A stretch of DNA of 64,000 nt. Source: Felis catus (taxonomy: Eukaryota). Under the pieces are notes generated by a model. The model made no database searches, was not told the origin of the DNA, and worked only from the letters and a program-made list of their open reading frames with translations. The stretch's first letter is position 1. Each line of letters starts with the position of its first letter. The stretch spans positions 13,766,001 to 13,830,000 of the forward strand of contig NC_058368.1 of assembly GCF_018350175.1 (NCBI RefSeq), read 5' to 3'. The position numbers and the translations under genes are program-made. This document shows positions 1 to 12,900 of this stretch, piece after piece.

Positions 1-1016
1 ATGGAATCCACAGTGGCTAGCCCAGTGCTACTACATCAATAGTACTCAATAAATACTTACTGAGTGAAGGAGGGACTGGAAGGATGAAAGCAAATGTTAG
101 CAGGTTAATTTCCAGGTTTTTTTCTGCCTTCAAATAGAGGTAGAGACTCACACCGCCACTCGCATATTTACTGTATATTTACTGGAAAGCATGTTCTTTT
201 TCCTCCTATTCACCCAAGCCAAGAACTTTTCCATCATGTTCAATTTTCCCCCATTGTATTTCATTCAGTTAATGTTTATTGAGCTCCCGCTGCAGACCAG
301 CAACTACAGTTTCTCTCTAATCCATCCATTCCACTCAGTTCCTTGTGCCACTGCCTCACCATTTCTTCCTTAGATCATGACAATAGCCTCTTATATTTTC
401 CCTGCATCCTACTTCCGGAAGTGCCCTCCATCCACTCTACATATGGCTGCCCAAGTAATCTTCCTGAAACAGGAGATATAATCCTGCCCCAAATCCTCAG
501 AGCCCAACTCCTAAATGTGACATACAAGGCTCTCTTTTTCTCCTAGGTTGACCTCCCTGACATAAATTCTATATTCCATATAACAAATAACAAAACTCTT
601 ACACTTGCTGAATGTCCTGTGCTGTCTCATCACTCCATGACTTTAAACATTCTCTTCCTTCTTCTGGGAATATCCTTCCCACTTTCTTTACCTGAGATAT
701 TTCCATTCATTCTTAAGGCTACACTGCAAATGATGCCCTTTCCATGAAACTTTCCTGGTCCAATTACCCTTCTTGAATGATTACCCTACTAGATCGTTGT
801 TCATTTTCTGTGCTCTGGTTTCACTTTGTATTACATATCTATAACTGTATATATTAAATTGTACTGTTATTATTTATTTGCATGCCTATTTCTGGCTCCC
901 TCTATGAGACTTCAAAGCTCTTCAAAATGAACATTCATGAGCAAGAATGAATATAAAGTTGAATATAAACTTATCTCTATCTATAGTACCTATCACAGAC
1001 ATTGACCATAATAAAT

Positions 1017-1610
1017 TGTATCTGTCAGAATCCATAGTTTCTGGAAACATAATCTCATTTAGCTAGTCTATGCCAAAAGGAAATTACTACAAGGTATTAG
1101 GCAGCTAATGAAATTTCTAGGAGAGGCAGGTAGTGTAGCATGGATGACTCAACCAACAATACTCAGTTGAACTGAATAGAATCCTCTACCATCCTTTTCT
1201 AGCTGAAACCTCACTGCCCCAGGCCAATGACAGGATCAGTAGTTTCTTTAGCAAAGTTTCCCCAGAAGAACCAAAGATTTCACCACCATACTTGCCAGCA
1301 GATGCTATCTCTTTGAGCATTTACACCAACCACTCATTACTCACTTCTTCCTTCCAAGTCTCACCTACAGAAGAGACCCTGCATAGTCTTAGAAGGTGCC
1401 ATCACATCATGCAAAGTCTGTAAACCATGTGCCGAGGCACAGTTAACATAGGTTATATATGCTGAGGACGCGTAGCTCACTACGTCGAATCTGAACTGCA
1501 AAGGGGTCTGCGAAATGCAGTTTAACCTTCCTGCCTCAATAGTTCAGGAAGCCATGCCAAAAGGGGCAGGAGTGGGAAAGGGGTGAGCCACTTTGCAGTT
1601 CTTCTCACAT
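1017..1610. mobile_element. Old MaLR (MLT1-type) LTR relic
   Basis: tgtatctgtcagaatcc..tagctagtcta..aaaggaaattact; family from memory. Confidence 0.5.
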
Positions 1611-2158
1611 ATGTGCCTAAGAAATGGTAAGGAGGAAATGGAAGGTTGAAATGTGAAGGTCATCTTATCTTCTCCATATTCTGCTGTTTAAGTAATTCAA
1701 ATTTAGCTTTTAATTAACAAAATACACCATTATTCCTTCAAAAATATTATTTATATTCTAATTTTCAGACAGTTATTTCCTTAGCTCTGTCTTTAGCACA
1801 TCACCTCTCTCTAAATTTTTCTAAGGCTCATACTACTTATACACCTTTTCCAGTGTAGCTTGTGATTTGAAATATATTGCATTCCCATTCCTTTTCATTT
1901 GTATAAGAACATGAACCCTCTGATTTTAACACATAACGACGCTGGCTAACAACAACAACAAAAGATTCTCTCAAATGTGAAATCATAATTTTAAGTTATT
2001 TCTATCAGAACAGATAAATTGAACATAATTTCAAATTCTCCTCCTGTACTTGGTACCTTTATAGCACACTGGAGGCAACAATTAAGTTATCTGTTTTCAG
2101 TGTAATAAGTAGAGAATTCTTTTGTAAAAATTCATAAGCCAAAATAAATTCATTTTTT

Positions 2159-2379
2159 TTTTATAATTTTTTTTTTCAACGTTTATTTATTTTTGGGACA
2201 GAGAGAGACAGAGCATGAACGGGGGAGGGGCAGAGAGAGAGGGAGACACAGAATCGGAAACAGGCTCCAGGCTCTGAGCCATCAGCCCAGAGCCCGACGC
2301 GGGGCTCGAACTCACGGACCGTGAGATCGTGACCTGGCTGAAGTCGGACGCTTAACCGACTGCGCCACCCAGGCGCCCC
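2159..2379 (-). mobile_element. Young SINEC_Fc Can-SINE
   Basis: Intact Pol III A box (TGGCGCAGTCGG) and B box (GTTCGAGCC), (CT)n region, A tail; 16-bp TSD aataaattcatttttt at 2143-2158 and 2380-2395; CpGs retained. Confidence 0.97.
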
Positions 2380-2624
2380 AATAAATTCATTTTTTACCTG
2401 TGTTTTAGTTTCTGTCTCTTAAAATCAAGCTCCAAATTAGCAATCATGGCTTTTTGGTACTTAGGGCTTTTATGTACCCAGAATGAATTTCTAAAGGTAA
2501 AAGTAAGTATATTTAGTGATAGGACTTACTCTATCCCAATTCAGCCACTGACTTATTGAGTGATACAGGTGAGCTATGTAAGAGATAGTGCTTTAAGTAT
2601 AGCAAATAAACTATAGGAAGCGTT

Positions 2625-2706
2625 AGAGACTCACCCACAGGAGAGCCTCCCACAATCTAGAATTATTCAGTCCAAATGCCAATGGTGCTGCTGTTGAGAA
2701 ACCTGG
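2625..2706. mobile_element. MER20-like hAT fragment
   Basis: ..cccacaatctagaattattcagtccaaatgccaatggtgctgctgttgagaaacctg resembles the MER20 end. Confidence 0.7.
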
Positions 2707-2857
2707 ATAAGCTGAGAGCCGGTACATGACCAAGGAGTTGGCGAGGTGGAAGGTTAAGGGGAGAATAGAGCAGGGATGGAGGGATGACAGAGGACAGTGT
2801 TTCAGGGAGTGAGAAACACTTGTATGAAGGAACTCCACACTCACTGATCCACCAATT

Positions 2858-3386
2858 TCTGTTTTATTGTTGTGAAATACAGATAAAATTTACCATTTTA
2901 ACCGCTTTTAAGTACACTGTTCAGTGAAGTTAAGTACTTTCACATTGTTGTGTGGCCATTATACCATCCACTTCTGGAACTTTTTCATCTTCCCAAACTA
3001 TAACTCTGTACCCATCAAATAACAACTCCCTATTCCTCCTCCCTTGAGCCCCTGGCAATCACGATTCTACTTTCTGCCTCTATTAATTTGACTCCTCCAG
3101 GTATCTCATGTAAGTGGAATCACACCATTTTTGTTCCTTTACGTCTGGCTTATTTCACATAGCATAATGTCCTCAGGGTTCATCCATGTTGTATCATGTG
3201 TCAGAAGGGCTGAATAATGTTCCATTGTATGCATATAACATATTTTTGTTTATTCATTTATTCATCGATTGACAATTAAATTGCTTTCAGCTTTTGGCTA
3301 TGGCGAATAAGGCTGCCATGGACATGAGTGTCTAATACCTGTTACAGTCCCTGCATTCACTTCTTTTGGGTATATACCTAGAAGTC
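2858..3386 (-). mobile_element. Old L1 (L1MA/MB-like) 3' fragment
   Basis: Typical L1M 3'UTR text (aaatttaccattttaacc..gggtatatacctagaagt). Candidate TSD atYcaccaatt at 2847-2857 and 3387-3397. Confidence 0.85.
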
Positions 3387-4376
3387 ATTCACCAATTATT
3401 TTTATGTACCAACTAATTTCTTGGCATTGTTGTAGTGGTTAGTCTACCAGAAGAACAGCACCCAAGATCCTTCCAGTCCTGGCATTTCCATTCTGGTGAA
3501 GGAAAACAACCACATGAATAAGATCATTTCAGAGTGTCCTATAAAGAAAATAAAAAGAGGAGAAGGGAGTTGAATATGACTGGAACTTAGAGTGCTAACA
3601 AGGGAGCAGTAAGTAGGGAAGATAGGAGAAGCCTTATGAATTAGGTAACCCAGGTACGGACCCTACATATTAGTTTACGAAAAAAGTTCAGAGAAGTTAA
3701 ATGAATTGCCCAAGGTCACACAGCTAATAAATTCTACTGACCAGGCTAGAACCCAGTAGCACTGCTTCTCCTTACTACACAGATTTTCTTCAGAGCTGCA
3801 AGGTTGGATAAGGGCACATGTTTATCAAACACAGCAACCGACACCCCACCTCTCAGACATCTGATCTTTCCATCTGCTCTCATGATTCCTCCACAATCAA
3901 CTCTGTGAATGGGAAGAGGACATTTTAACTTTTGACTCATCCACATATATTCTATACCCAGTGTTGCTGCTGGTATGCCTCTTGGCTTATTTACAGAAAT
4001 TTTCTACAAGTGCAACATAAAATAATATTGATTCTAAAAAGAAATGTCATACTTCCCCATAGCCCAACTTTAAAATGAACAACTTCTATTCTGTTAAAAA
4101 AAAAAAAAATCACATATGGCCCGAGTAAGTAATATCTGACAAAATAGAGACGCATTCTGTCAAACAATAAGAACACTGTTTCTTCTAACCCTTGCTTTCA
4201 TTCAAGGTCATGTGCAACTTACATAAATATTACATGAAACCTGTTTTGCAAGAAATCAGTGTCTATGATGATTTATAGAGACAGAAGTACAATGGCAAAG
4301 TCTACCTTTTCAAATATTATGAGCTTTTAATTTCTACCAAGAGGAAGAAAGTGATCCTTTCTCATTAGATAAACAT

Positions 4377-4391
4377 ATCTATATATATATC

Positions 4392-4436
<45 letters not shown>

Positions 4437-4437
4437 A
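4377..4437. repeat. (TA)n(TATC)n microsatellite
   Basis: Read directly from the sequence. Confidence 0.95.
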
Positions 4438-6650
4438 TGTATTTTATGTAGGATTAAGACCTTAACACAGTTAGTGTGTGCAGTTAAGATTTATCAAAGG
4501 TTCTTTATGAAAGAATGTGTCAGGGGACAAGATGCATTGTAACCATTTCAAAATCCAAATCCTCGTTGATTGGATGAACAAGAATAAGTTATAACACAAG
4601 TTTATATCAAGAAAAATATACAAGATATGTTTCTCTTTTATTCTCTTTTAATCTTTTGTTGTAATGTGAGCTATTATAGAATTATATAGTAAGTAGTTAT
4701 TCTTAGCCTTAAAAGTGCTTTGCAAAAAGAGGCCAATTTTGCTGAATATATTTGTTCCATCAACAATTAGTTGCTGAACAACTACTACGGGTAAAGCACT
4801 TTAATAGGTGCTATTAAAATTGTTATATGTCATTGTGAAGCAAAAGCATTTTCCTACATATATTTAGGTGATTGGTCTAGTATAATAAAGAAAACTACCC
4901 TGTGAAAAGATTTAACATGCTTCAGAGAAGTTTTACATTATCAAAAATCCCATAATTACTGCCAAGGGACTTATTTTTGTCATTTAGAATCGACCTCAGA
5001 TATAGTACTTTGTAAATACATTACTTAATATAACACTACAACACATAAAAAGGCTTTCCATCGCTTTGCTTATCACAAAATCTCCTTCTACCTCTCTTAC
5101 AGCTCTGCAGCCTTTTTGCTTATTCAATAGTTGACACATTTTCATTAAGTGTCAGGCACTGTGCTTGACATTGAGGATACAAAGGTGAACATGAAAGACA
5201 AGTTTGCTCTCTTGTGAAGCTGGCATTCTTGTTGAGGTGACAAACAAATAACATGAAGTTTATAGACACTGTGATACGGAAAGTGAATGTTACCACTGGG
5301 ACAGAGAGCCGAGCATCAAAACAGCATAGGGTGGAGAGAAGGAAAAGAGGAAGTGACAGGGAAAGCATTCCAGAGGAAGACAGATTTATGTCATCCCTTG
5401 AGAACGTCTCCATAGTTTCACCATTGCCACAGGAAGAACCCACATGTTGAACTTAGGTTTTGAACTCAGCTCTGTGTGACTCCTCTATAGCACACTATTA
5501 GGCACCCCTTTATCTTCAGTCGGCTCATTTTTGAGTTTGTCTTCCTTTCTTAAATCCCTTATTGGTGAGCCTGAAGGGGCCCCAGGGATTGTGCTTCCCA
5601 ATGCATAATGTTATCTCCATTACTCTCATGTTTCTGTTGTCTTGGTTTTAGGAGTGCATTTCAATTTCCGGTGAGACTGGAGCACTCTCCTGAATCCCAG
5701 CTGGTTTGTCCAGGTCCCTGAACTTCTTCATAGTGTTTGCCAAATTCTCCCACTCTCATTCCTACCTTTCCCAGGGATCAAAGTTTCCAGTGGCCTATAA
5801 CTTCCATTGTGGGATGGGCCCAGAAAACCCATCCAATTGAACCTCAAGGAAACGAATACCATTTCATGAGAAAAGTAGCCACAGCCCCATGAACACTGTA
5901 ATAGAGCAGATGCTGCTAGTTGTCCCTCACTAGGGGTGGGGATGTGTATCAGTAAGGAAAGCAATACAACTGTTTGGAACTTCTTTAATGGAAGACAAAT
6001 AATTGGAAAGAGGTTGTATAGCTCACAAACTAAATGAAAATCTAAAAAAACTGAAGTTCAGAAAGACCACAAACCAGAGTTGTTCTGGGCAGGTAGTAGG
6101 AATGAATGGACAATCTCTTCAGGAGGCCACTACTGGGACAAATCTACTTTGAACACATTCCCCAATACTTCAGTTCTAGGGAGACACCATCAGGTTAGCT
6201 AAGCTTAGGCCACATGTCCAACCTTGGCCAAGGGAAAACAGGTACCATTATTGACTATATCCTGTAGAAGAATGATTCTCCAAACAACAATTGGGATGCT
6301 GTTATCACAAAAAGGGAGAATAGACACTAAGCTGCGAAAATAAAATTGTCCAGTATAAGAGTCAGTCTTAATGCTGGGTGGGTTCTCAGAGTCGCAGTCT
6401 TGTGGGTTCCTAGTCTATACCCTTCTCTGCACTTGACTGAATAAAGTTGCGACATGCCTTCTAACTGGTTCCACATGGGTTTCAAAGATCTCAACATGTG
6501 AATACCGGGTATCTTTGAAATATAATTCTCCAATAAGAATTAAGCATACATCATGAAAGAGAAACTATTTTTCTCCAGAAGGATAAACTTAAAAATTTTT
6601 AAATATTATCCATGTAAATAACAATGAGAACACACCAAAAAATCCCTACC

Positions 6651-6683
6651 ATATATATATATATGTGTATATATATATATATA
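6651..6683. repeat. (TA)n microsatellite
   Basis: Read directly from the sequence. Confidence 0.9.
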
Positions 6684-7302
6684 TTTAAAAAGCCAACCTG
6701 TATATTCATATCATTTAGCAACTCTTTAAAGAGAAAAGTCATGCCTGATGCCTTTCCCAGCACTCAATAGTTAGTCAAAATATTAACTAATAATCCCTCT
6801 GCCTATTGAGTTAAGAATTTTTTTATTTTATTTTTTACAGTGCTTAACAGTTTTTATTTACACGTATAAATACAGAACACCAGACAATTTTACAAAGATT
6901 AGAATTCTGATATCTGATTTCCATTATTTTGCTTTGTATATTTAAATTTTATAAATATGTATTGGCTTTACAAGATATTACACTTTTTAAAACTAATAAC
7001 CAATACATTATCTCTTAATATTTAAATTAAATATTGATTTCTTTTCTGTTAAACTATTAAAACTCTTAAATTTATCCAGAAAATTAACAACTCTCACAGT
7101 TATCATCCATTGTTCTTGCATTTTACTTTTGCAGCAATATAGTATATACTTCAATTGATTGAATATTTTGTCAAAACTGCAACTTTTTTTAAGTTTATAA
7201 TTTTACTCCAGTGTAGTTAACATACAGTGTTATATTAGTTTCAGGTACACGATATAGTGCTTCAACAATTCTATACATGACTCAGTGCTCATCATGATAC
7301 TC

Positions 7303-7498
7303 TTTTTTTTTTAATGTTTATTTATTTTGAGAGAGAGAGGAGGAGGGGGCAGAGGGAGGAGGAGAGAGGAATTCCAAGCAGGCTCCATGCTCTCTGTACA
7401 GAGCTCAACATGGGGTTTGAACTCGTGAACGATGATCTCATGACCTGAGCTGATATCAAGAGTTGAAAGCTTAACTGACTGAGCCACCCAGGTGCCCC
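7303..7498 (-). mobile_element. Can-SINE in L1
   Basis: tRNA-derived head, T-tail. Confidence 0.92.
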
Positions 7499-7585
7499 AT
7501 GAGAAGTGTACTCCTAATCCCTATCATTTATGTCATCTACCCCTTCACCCACTCCTGACTCTAGTAACTATCAAGTTTGTTCTCT

Positions 7586-7672
7586 CAGTAAAGCATGCGA
7601 CTCTTGATCTCAGGGTTGTGAGTTCAAGCCCCACACTGGATATAGAGATTACTTAAAAATAAAATAAATTTT
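7586..7672 (+). mobile_element. 5'-truncated short Can-SINE (older subtype)
   Basis: gactcttgatctcagggttgtgagttcaagccccacactgg..tagagattacttaaaaat. Confidence 0.8.
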
Positions 7673-7674
7673 TT

Positions 7675-7893
7675 GGAGCGCCTGGGTGGCACAGTCGGTT
7701 AAGCGTCCGACTTCAGCCAGGTCACGATCTCGCGGTCCGTGAGTTCGAGCCCCGTGTCGGGCTCTGGGCTGATGGCTCAGAGCCTGGAGCCTGTTTCCGA
7801 TTCTGTGTCTCCCTCTCTCTCTACCCCTCCCCCGTTCATGCTCTGTCTCTCTCTGTCCCAAAAATAAATAAACGTTGAAAAAAAAAATAAAAA
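7675..7893 (+). mobile_element. Young SINEC_Fc inserted into the tail of the older SINE
   Basis: TSD aaaaataaaataaatttt at 7655-7672 and 7894-7911. Confidence 0.95.
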
Positions 7894-8239
7894 AAAAATA
7901 AAATAAATTTTAAAAAAACAGTCTTTTTCTTGGTTTGTCTCTCTCTCTCTTTTGTTCTTTTGCTCATTTATTTCTTAAATTCCACATATGAGTGAGATCA
8001 TATGGTATTTTTCTTTCTCTGTTTTACTTAGTATTATACTCTGTAGCTCTATCCATGTTTATGAAAATCACAAGATTTCATTCTTTTTTATGAATGAGCA
8101 ATATTCCATTGTAAACATATACCACCTCTTCTTTATACATTCATCTATTGATGGACACTTGGGCTGCTTCTATATTTCGGCTACTGTAAATAATGTTGCA
8201 TTAAACATAGGGATGCATGTATCACTCTGAATTAGTGGG

Positions 8240-8461
8240 TTTTTTTGTTGTTGTTGTTGTTTGGGTTTTTTTTTTTTTTTTTAAGAGATGGAGAGAATGA
8301 GAGCAGGGGAGAGGGGCAGAAGGAGAGAAAGAGAACATCTTAAGTAGGCTCCACACTAAGCATGGAGCCTGACATGGGGCTCGATCCCATAACTCTGGGA
8401 TCATGACCTGAGCCCAAAGCAAAAGTTGTATGCTCAACTGACTGAGCCACTCAGGTGCCCC
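8240..8461 (-). mobile_element. Can-SINE
   Basis: Head ends tcaggtgcccc; T-rich tail. Confidence 0.9.
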
Positions 8462-8469
8462 AGTGTTTT

Positions 8470-8680
8470 ATTATTTTTTTTAATGTTTATTTATTTTTAA
8501 GAAAAAGCAAGAGAGAGAGAGAATGAGTGAAGGTAAGGCAGAGAGAGAGGGGAACAGAGGATCAGAAGCAAACTCCGACCTAACAGCAGAGAGACTGATA
8601 CAGAGCTTGATCTCATGAACCATGAGATCATAACCTGAGCCAAAATTGGATGCTCAACCAACTGAGCCACCCAGGTACTC
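8470..8680 (-). mobile_element. Can-SINE
   Basis: TSD ctgaattagtg..tttt (~8227 and ~8681) brackets both SINEs. Confidence 0.9.
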
Positions 8681-9279
8681 CTGAATTAGTGTTTTTGTGC
8701 TTTTTGGGTAAACACCCAGTAGTGAAATTACCAGATGATAGGATAGTTCTATTTTTAACTTTTTGAGGCCTCCATACTGTTTTCTAGAGTGATTGCAACA
8801 GTTTGCATTCCCAACAACAGCACACAAGGGTTCCTTCTTCTCCACACGTTCTTCAACACTTGTTTTTTGTGTTCAATTTTAGCCATTCCAATAGATGTAA
8901 AGTTATATCCCATTGGAATTTTGAATTGCATTTCCCTGATGATGAGTGATGTTGAGCATCTTTTCATATGTCTGTTGGCCATCTGTATGTCTTCTTTGAA
9001 TAAATATCTTTTCATGCCTTCTGCCCATTTTTAATTGGATTTATTTTTATGTGTGTGGAGTTACATAAGTTCTTCATATATTTTAGATATAAACACTTTA
9101 TGAGGTATGTTGTTTGCAAATATCTTCTCCCATTCAGTAGGTTGTTTTTTAGTTTTGTTGATTGTTTCCTTTGTTATGCAGAAGCTTTTTATTTTGATGT
9201 AGTCCCAAGAGTTTATTTTTGCTTTTGTTTGCCTTGCTTCAGGCATCATATCTAGAAAGATGTTGCTATGGCCAGCTAC

Positions 9280-9505
9280 GAATTATTTTCATTGTGGTAT
9301 AACTGACACACAACATATTAGTTTTAGGTGCACAACTTAAGTATTTGGTATTTGTGTATATTGCAAAACAATCACCACAATAACTCTAATTAACATCTAT
9401 CACCATATAGTTACAGAATGCTTTTTCTTGTGATGAAACTTTCAAGATCTTAGCAACCCTTAAATATGCAATAGTGTTATTAACTATAATTGCCATGCTG
9501 TATAT
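9280..9505 (-). mobile_element. Short L1 3'UTR fragment (L1MA/L1_Carn-like)
   Basis: Resembles an L1 3' terminus (..atattagttttaggtgcacaac..ttattaactataattgccatgctgtatatta). Confidence 0.7.
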
Positions 9506-9696
9506 TAAGCTGAATTTTTTTAGTTATTTTACTTCTGTGTTTTTAGGATTCCTCCAAATAAATTGTCATGAGGGCAACACTTAAAATTACATCTTTTCTG
9601 TTGGGCTCTCGCCATTAACCACCATGCAAGCACAGATATCTTGAAGTGTCAGCTCATTCTGTCTTCCTATGTATTTCTTTAAAGAATATTCACATA

Positions 9697-9927
9697 GGAG
9701 CACCTGGGTGGCTCAGTCGGTTAAATGTCCGACTTCTGCTCAGGTCATGATCTCAGGGTTTGTGAGTTTGGGCCCCAAGTCAGGCTCCACACTGACAGCT
9801 CAGAACCTGGAGCCTGCTTCGGATTCTGTGTCTCCCCCCACCTCTCTCTGTCCCTCCCCTGTTTGTGCACGCACTCTCTCTCTCTCTCTCTCTCTCTCTC
9901 AAAAATAAATAAATAACATTTAAAAAA
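9697..9927 (+). mobile_element. Can-SINE
   Basis: TSD taaagaatattcacata at 9680-9696 and 9928-9944. Confidence 0.95.
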
Positions 9928-12900
9928 TAAAGAATATTCACATAAAGGCAGAAAATACTAAGTCTATTTTTTTTCGTTGTTCTCCTTAACCTCGAGTGCC
10001 TAAATGTTTGTCCTGGTAACACTCTCTGGAGTGAAATTTTTAAGGCTTGAATAGGGAAGACCTGATACCTATCATTATGACAAAGCTCAGTATGGATGAT
10101 CCTGAAGAAGAGAGTGACAATGATGATAATATTAATACTAATACCCATTTTCATTGAGCCCTGAGCATATGTTGTGCCCTAAGCGCTTTGTATGCTATTG
10201 GGAATGATCTAGGACAGAGACATAATTACAGGAGAGAAAAGAAATAATTACTAGAGACAAGTCCCTGAGTAGATAGAAGGAGATAGAGGATCCAGAGTTC
10301 AAGTGGAGAAGTTGGCCTTAAGTAGAAACAGGGTGTGTCCATCCATAATAACATTGCTAAGAGTCTGGTGGTTTGATTTTAGACGGATGGAGGAGTTCTC
10401 TAATGATGGCTTCTAGATTCTCAGAGAGATCAGAAGAAAAGAGAGAATTGTAGGTAGTTGTTGGAGACATGAGGACAATGATAGGCAAGAGTCACCACTA
10501 TTAATTTTAGCAGATAGAGAAGCTTTTGTCAGTGGAAGCTAGAGAAGAGGAGAAAACTATAAATTGCATATAGAATAGATGAAAGATACCCTTGAAGTTG
10601 TCCAGAACTCTTGGAGGATGACTATGAGTTCTCACAAAGCAGACTGGGGCAGGACAAAGAGAAACAGTGTTTTGTGAATATTATGACCCTACTTCTAAAC
10701 TATGCCCCAGTAGATAGACCTTGAGAGAAAGGGGCTCCATACTTTTTTTTCAATCCTGAGCCTCCTTCAGGAGCTGAGGAAGCAACACTACACACTTCTT
10801 AAGATAAAGTCCATCTATGTTGTTCACTGCTGTATCTTCAGTAGGTACGATGTCTGGAACTGAGGAGACACTTGATTAGTATTTTAGGAATGAATTGATG
10901 AATAGATGGAATATAAATTTAAAAATATGAAATTTTATATATAATGTGCATTTCTGATTTTCCTTGTAAAATTCTGTGTCATTCATGTGTGATAGTGTCG
11001 TACTTGGCTTTTGACCAAGCTCCCACTCAAAAACCAAAGGAAATCTCCCAAACTCTTCAAAAGGATGTTTACACTAGGACTAAAAATGAAACAAATATTA
11101 TGTATTCTCTGTGGACACTTGTAACCATCGAATATATGCCATAACAAGCATTCTTATCATTTACTGGCGTGGTATGAGAAATACTTTAACATTAAGTTCC
11201 TCCATGAGCCTGAAGTCTGCTGGAGTGATCACTCCAGAACATGCTCTACTCTCTTTGCTCCAAAAAGTTCCTTCAGATGAGATGTGAATTCGGGTCACAT
11301 GACTAATGTTGTTCTCTGTTTACCTGATTCAGCATCGTCAACCAGGAGGTGTTCTCTTTTGGACCATAAGGGTGCCTACTATAATACCTGGATTGGCCAA
11401 ACGGGTCTAGATTTGCCTTTCAATTTATCAAAAATCTTATACAATCAGAGGCCATAACTGTTGCTACTTCAGATAAGTGATGTCTTCTTGCAATGCCTTA
11501 ATCCCCTTTTCCAGATAATGTTTGGCACACACAGAAACTTATCCTCAGAGGAAGAGCTTATGTCTTATTTGATTTTCTCAGCACTTAGGATGGTATCTGT
11601 TGAAGGAATGAACACATGATTGACTAATAAATAAATATTGAATTATTCTAACAGAATGACCCATTCTAGTCATTGAAATTCAATCTCTGCTCCATGCTGT
11701 AGGAAAGTCAGCAATACTGAATCTCTGTCTCTTTATCTCAACGTCTGACCCAACTTTCAAACATAGAGTTAAGCAGTCTTTCCCCCCCAAGAATTAACCA
11801 CACACCACAATTGCCCTTGCAGCCCAATTTACTCCCACTCAGCAGAAAAAAAAAAAAATCAAATCACTTAGGGAATCTCAGTGTCTAGCATTTCTTGTTC
11901 TCTGCTAAGAGAGGGTAAAATATATTCACTGCTTCTCCCAAACTACAATCTCTAGGAGGCAGCTACTTTCAATTTTCCTGGAGCTGTTCCTTAGTAATAA
12001 CTTAATGGCATCTCCTGTACATGACTCCTCTAACACTTTCTTCTGTAGCTTACATTAAGTTAGAAATGCTTTTAATGGAGTGCCTGGGGAAGTGGGTGAG
12101 TACAAGTCCTGGAAATTATGTCAAGTACCACTTCCTTGTGATAGTTACAGATTTCCTTCGCTTTTGTTAAATATCAAAATCAAAATAAGTATTACCCAGC
12201 CCAAAACTGTAAAATAATTATAATGATCTACTTTCCTATGTAGTTCAAACGTAGGCCAAATTCAATGTTTTTCCTGTAGAAACAAAGTACAAGAGATTGT
12301 GGAAGCAAAGAACACCAGATTATAAATCAATGAAGACACATTCTGTTCTAATATTCAATTGCCTTGATTTGGAGAAAGGCATGTAACTTCATTCTCAGCC
12401 TTTTCTATATTGAAAAGAAGGCTTTTTCTTCCTAGCTGATAAAGAATTGTGGCGATTTGATGAGATGATGATCATAAACCTGTGGATCTTAATAACACTG
12501 TGTATCACTTTACTTAACCAGTAATAGCTTCCTGGCAACTTCTGCACACGATTGCTCTTTCAAACATTTTCTTCTGTAGGAGTCTACATTAAGGATGAAA
12601 AGCTTTTAACTAAGTGCACAGAGAAGAGAGGCAGCCTTTTTAATCATTTATAGAAAGGAATTAATAACAAACATTTTTAAAACATCTATAATTAAACCAA
12701 GTCATGCTTTGGGAGGGGCTGGGCGGGGGTGGGGGGGGGGAGGCAGAGGGAGACATTCCATTACTCTCCTAGGGAAAGGGAAGCAGGGAGCCAGTTCTGA
12801 ACCAATGTCTATGAGCCAGGTCTTCTCCTAGGCTCTGTCCACTGTTCTTTTTATTTGCATTCTCACCACAGCCCTTTGATGCAATCTTATTAGCCCCACT

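Larger units (their letters stand above)
7185..9274 (-). mobile_element. Carnivore L1 3' end (ORF2 C-terminus + 3'UTR) interrupted by five SINEs
   Basis: Minus-strand ORFs [18 protein letters not shown] and [24 protein letters not shown]1 3'UTR text resumes after each SINE. Confidence 0.9.

Noticed and set aside
7649..9916. SINE-derived ORFs (..SLSLSQK, ..ERERER..) and tRNA genes
   Set aside because: Recurring translations of Can-SINE (CT)n regions; the heads are tRNA-derived but not complete tRNAs.
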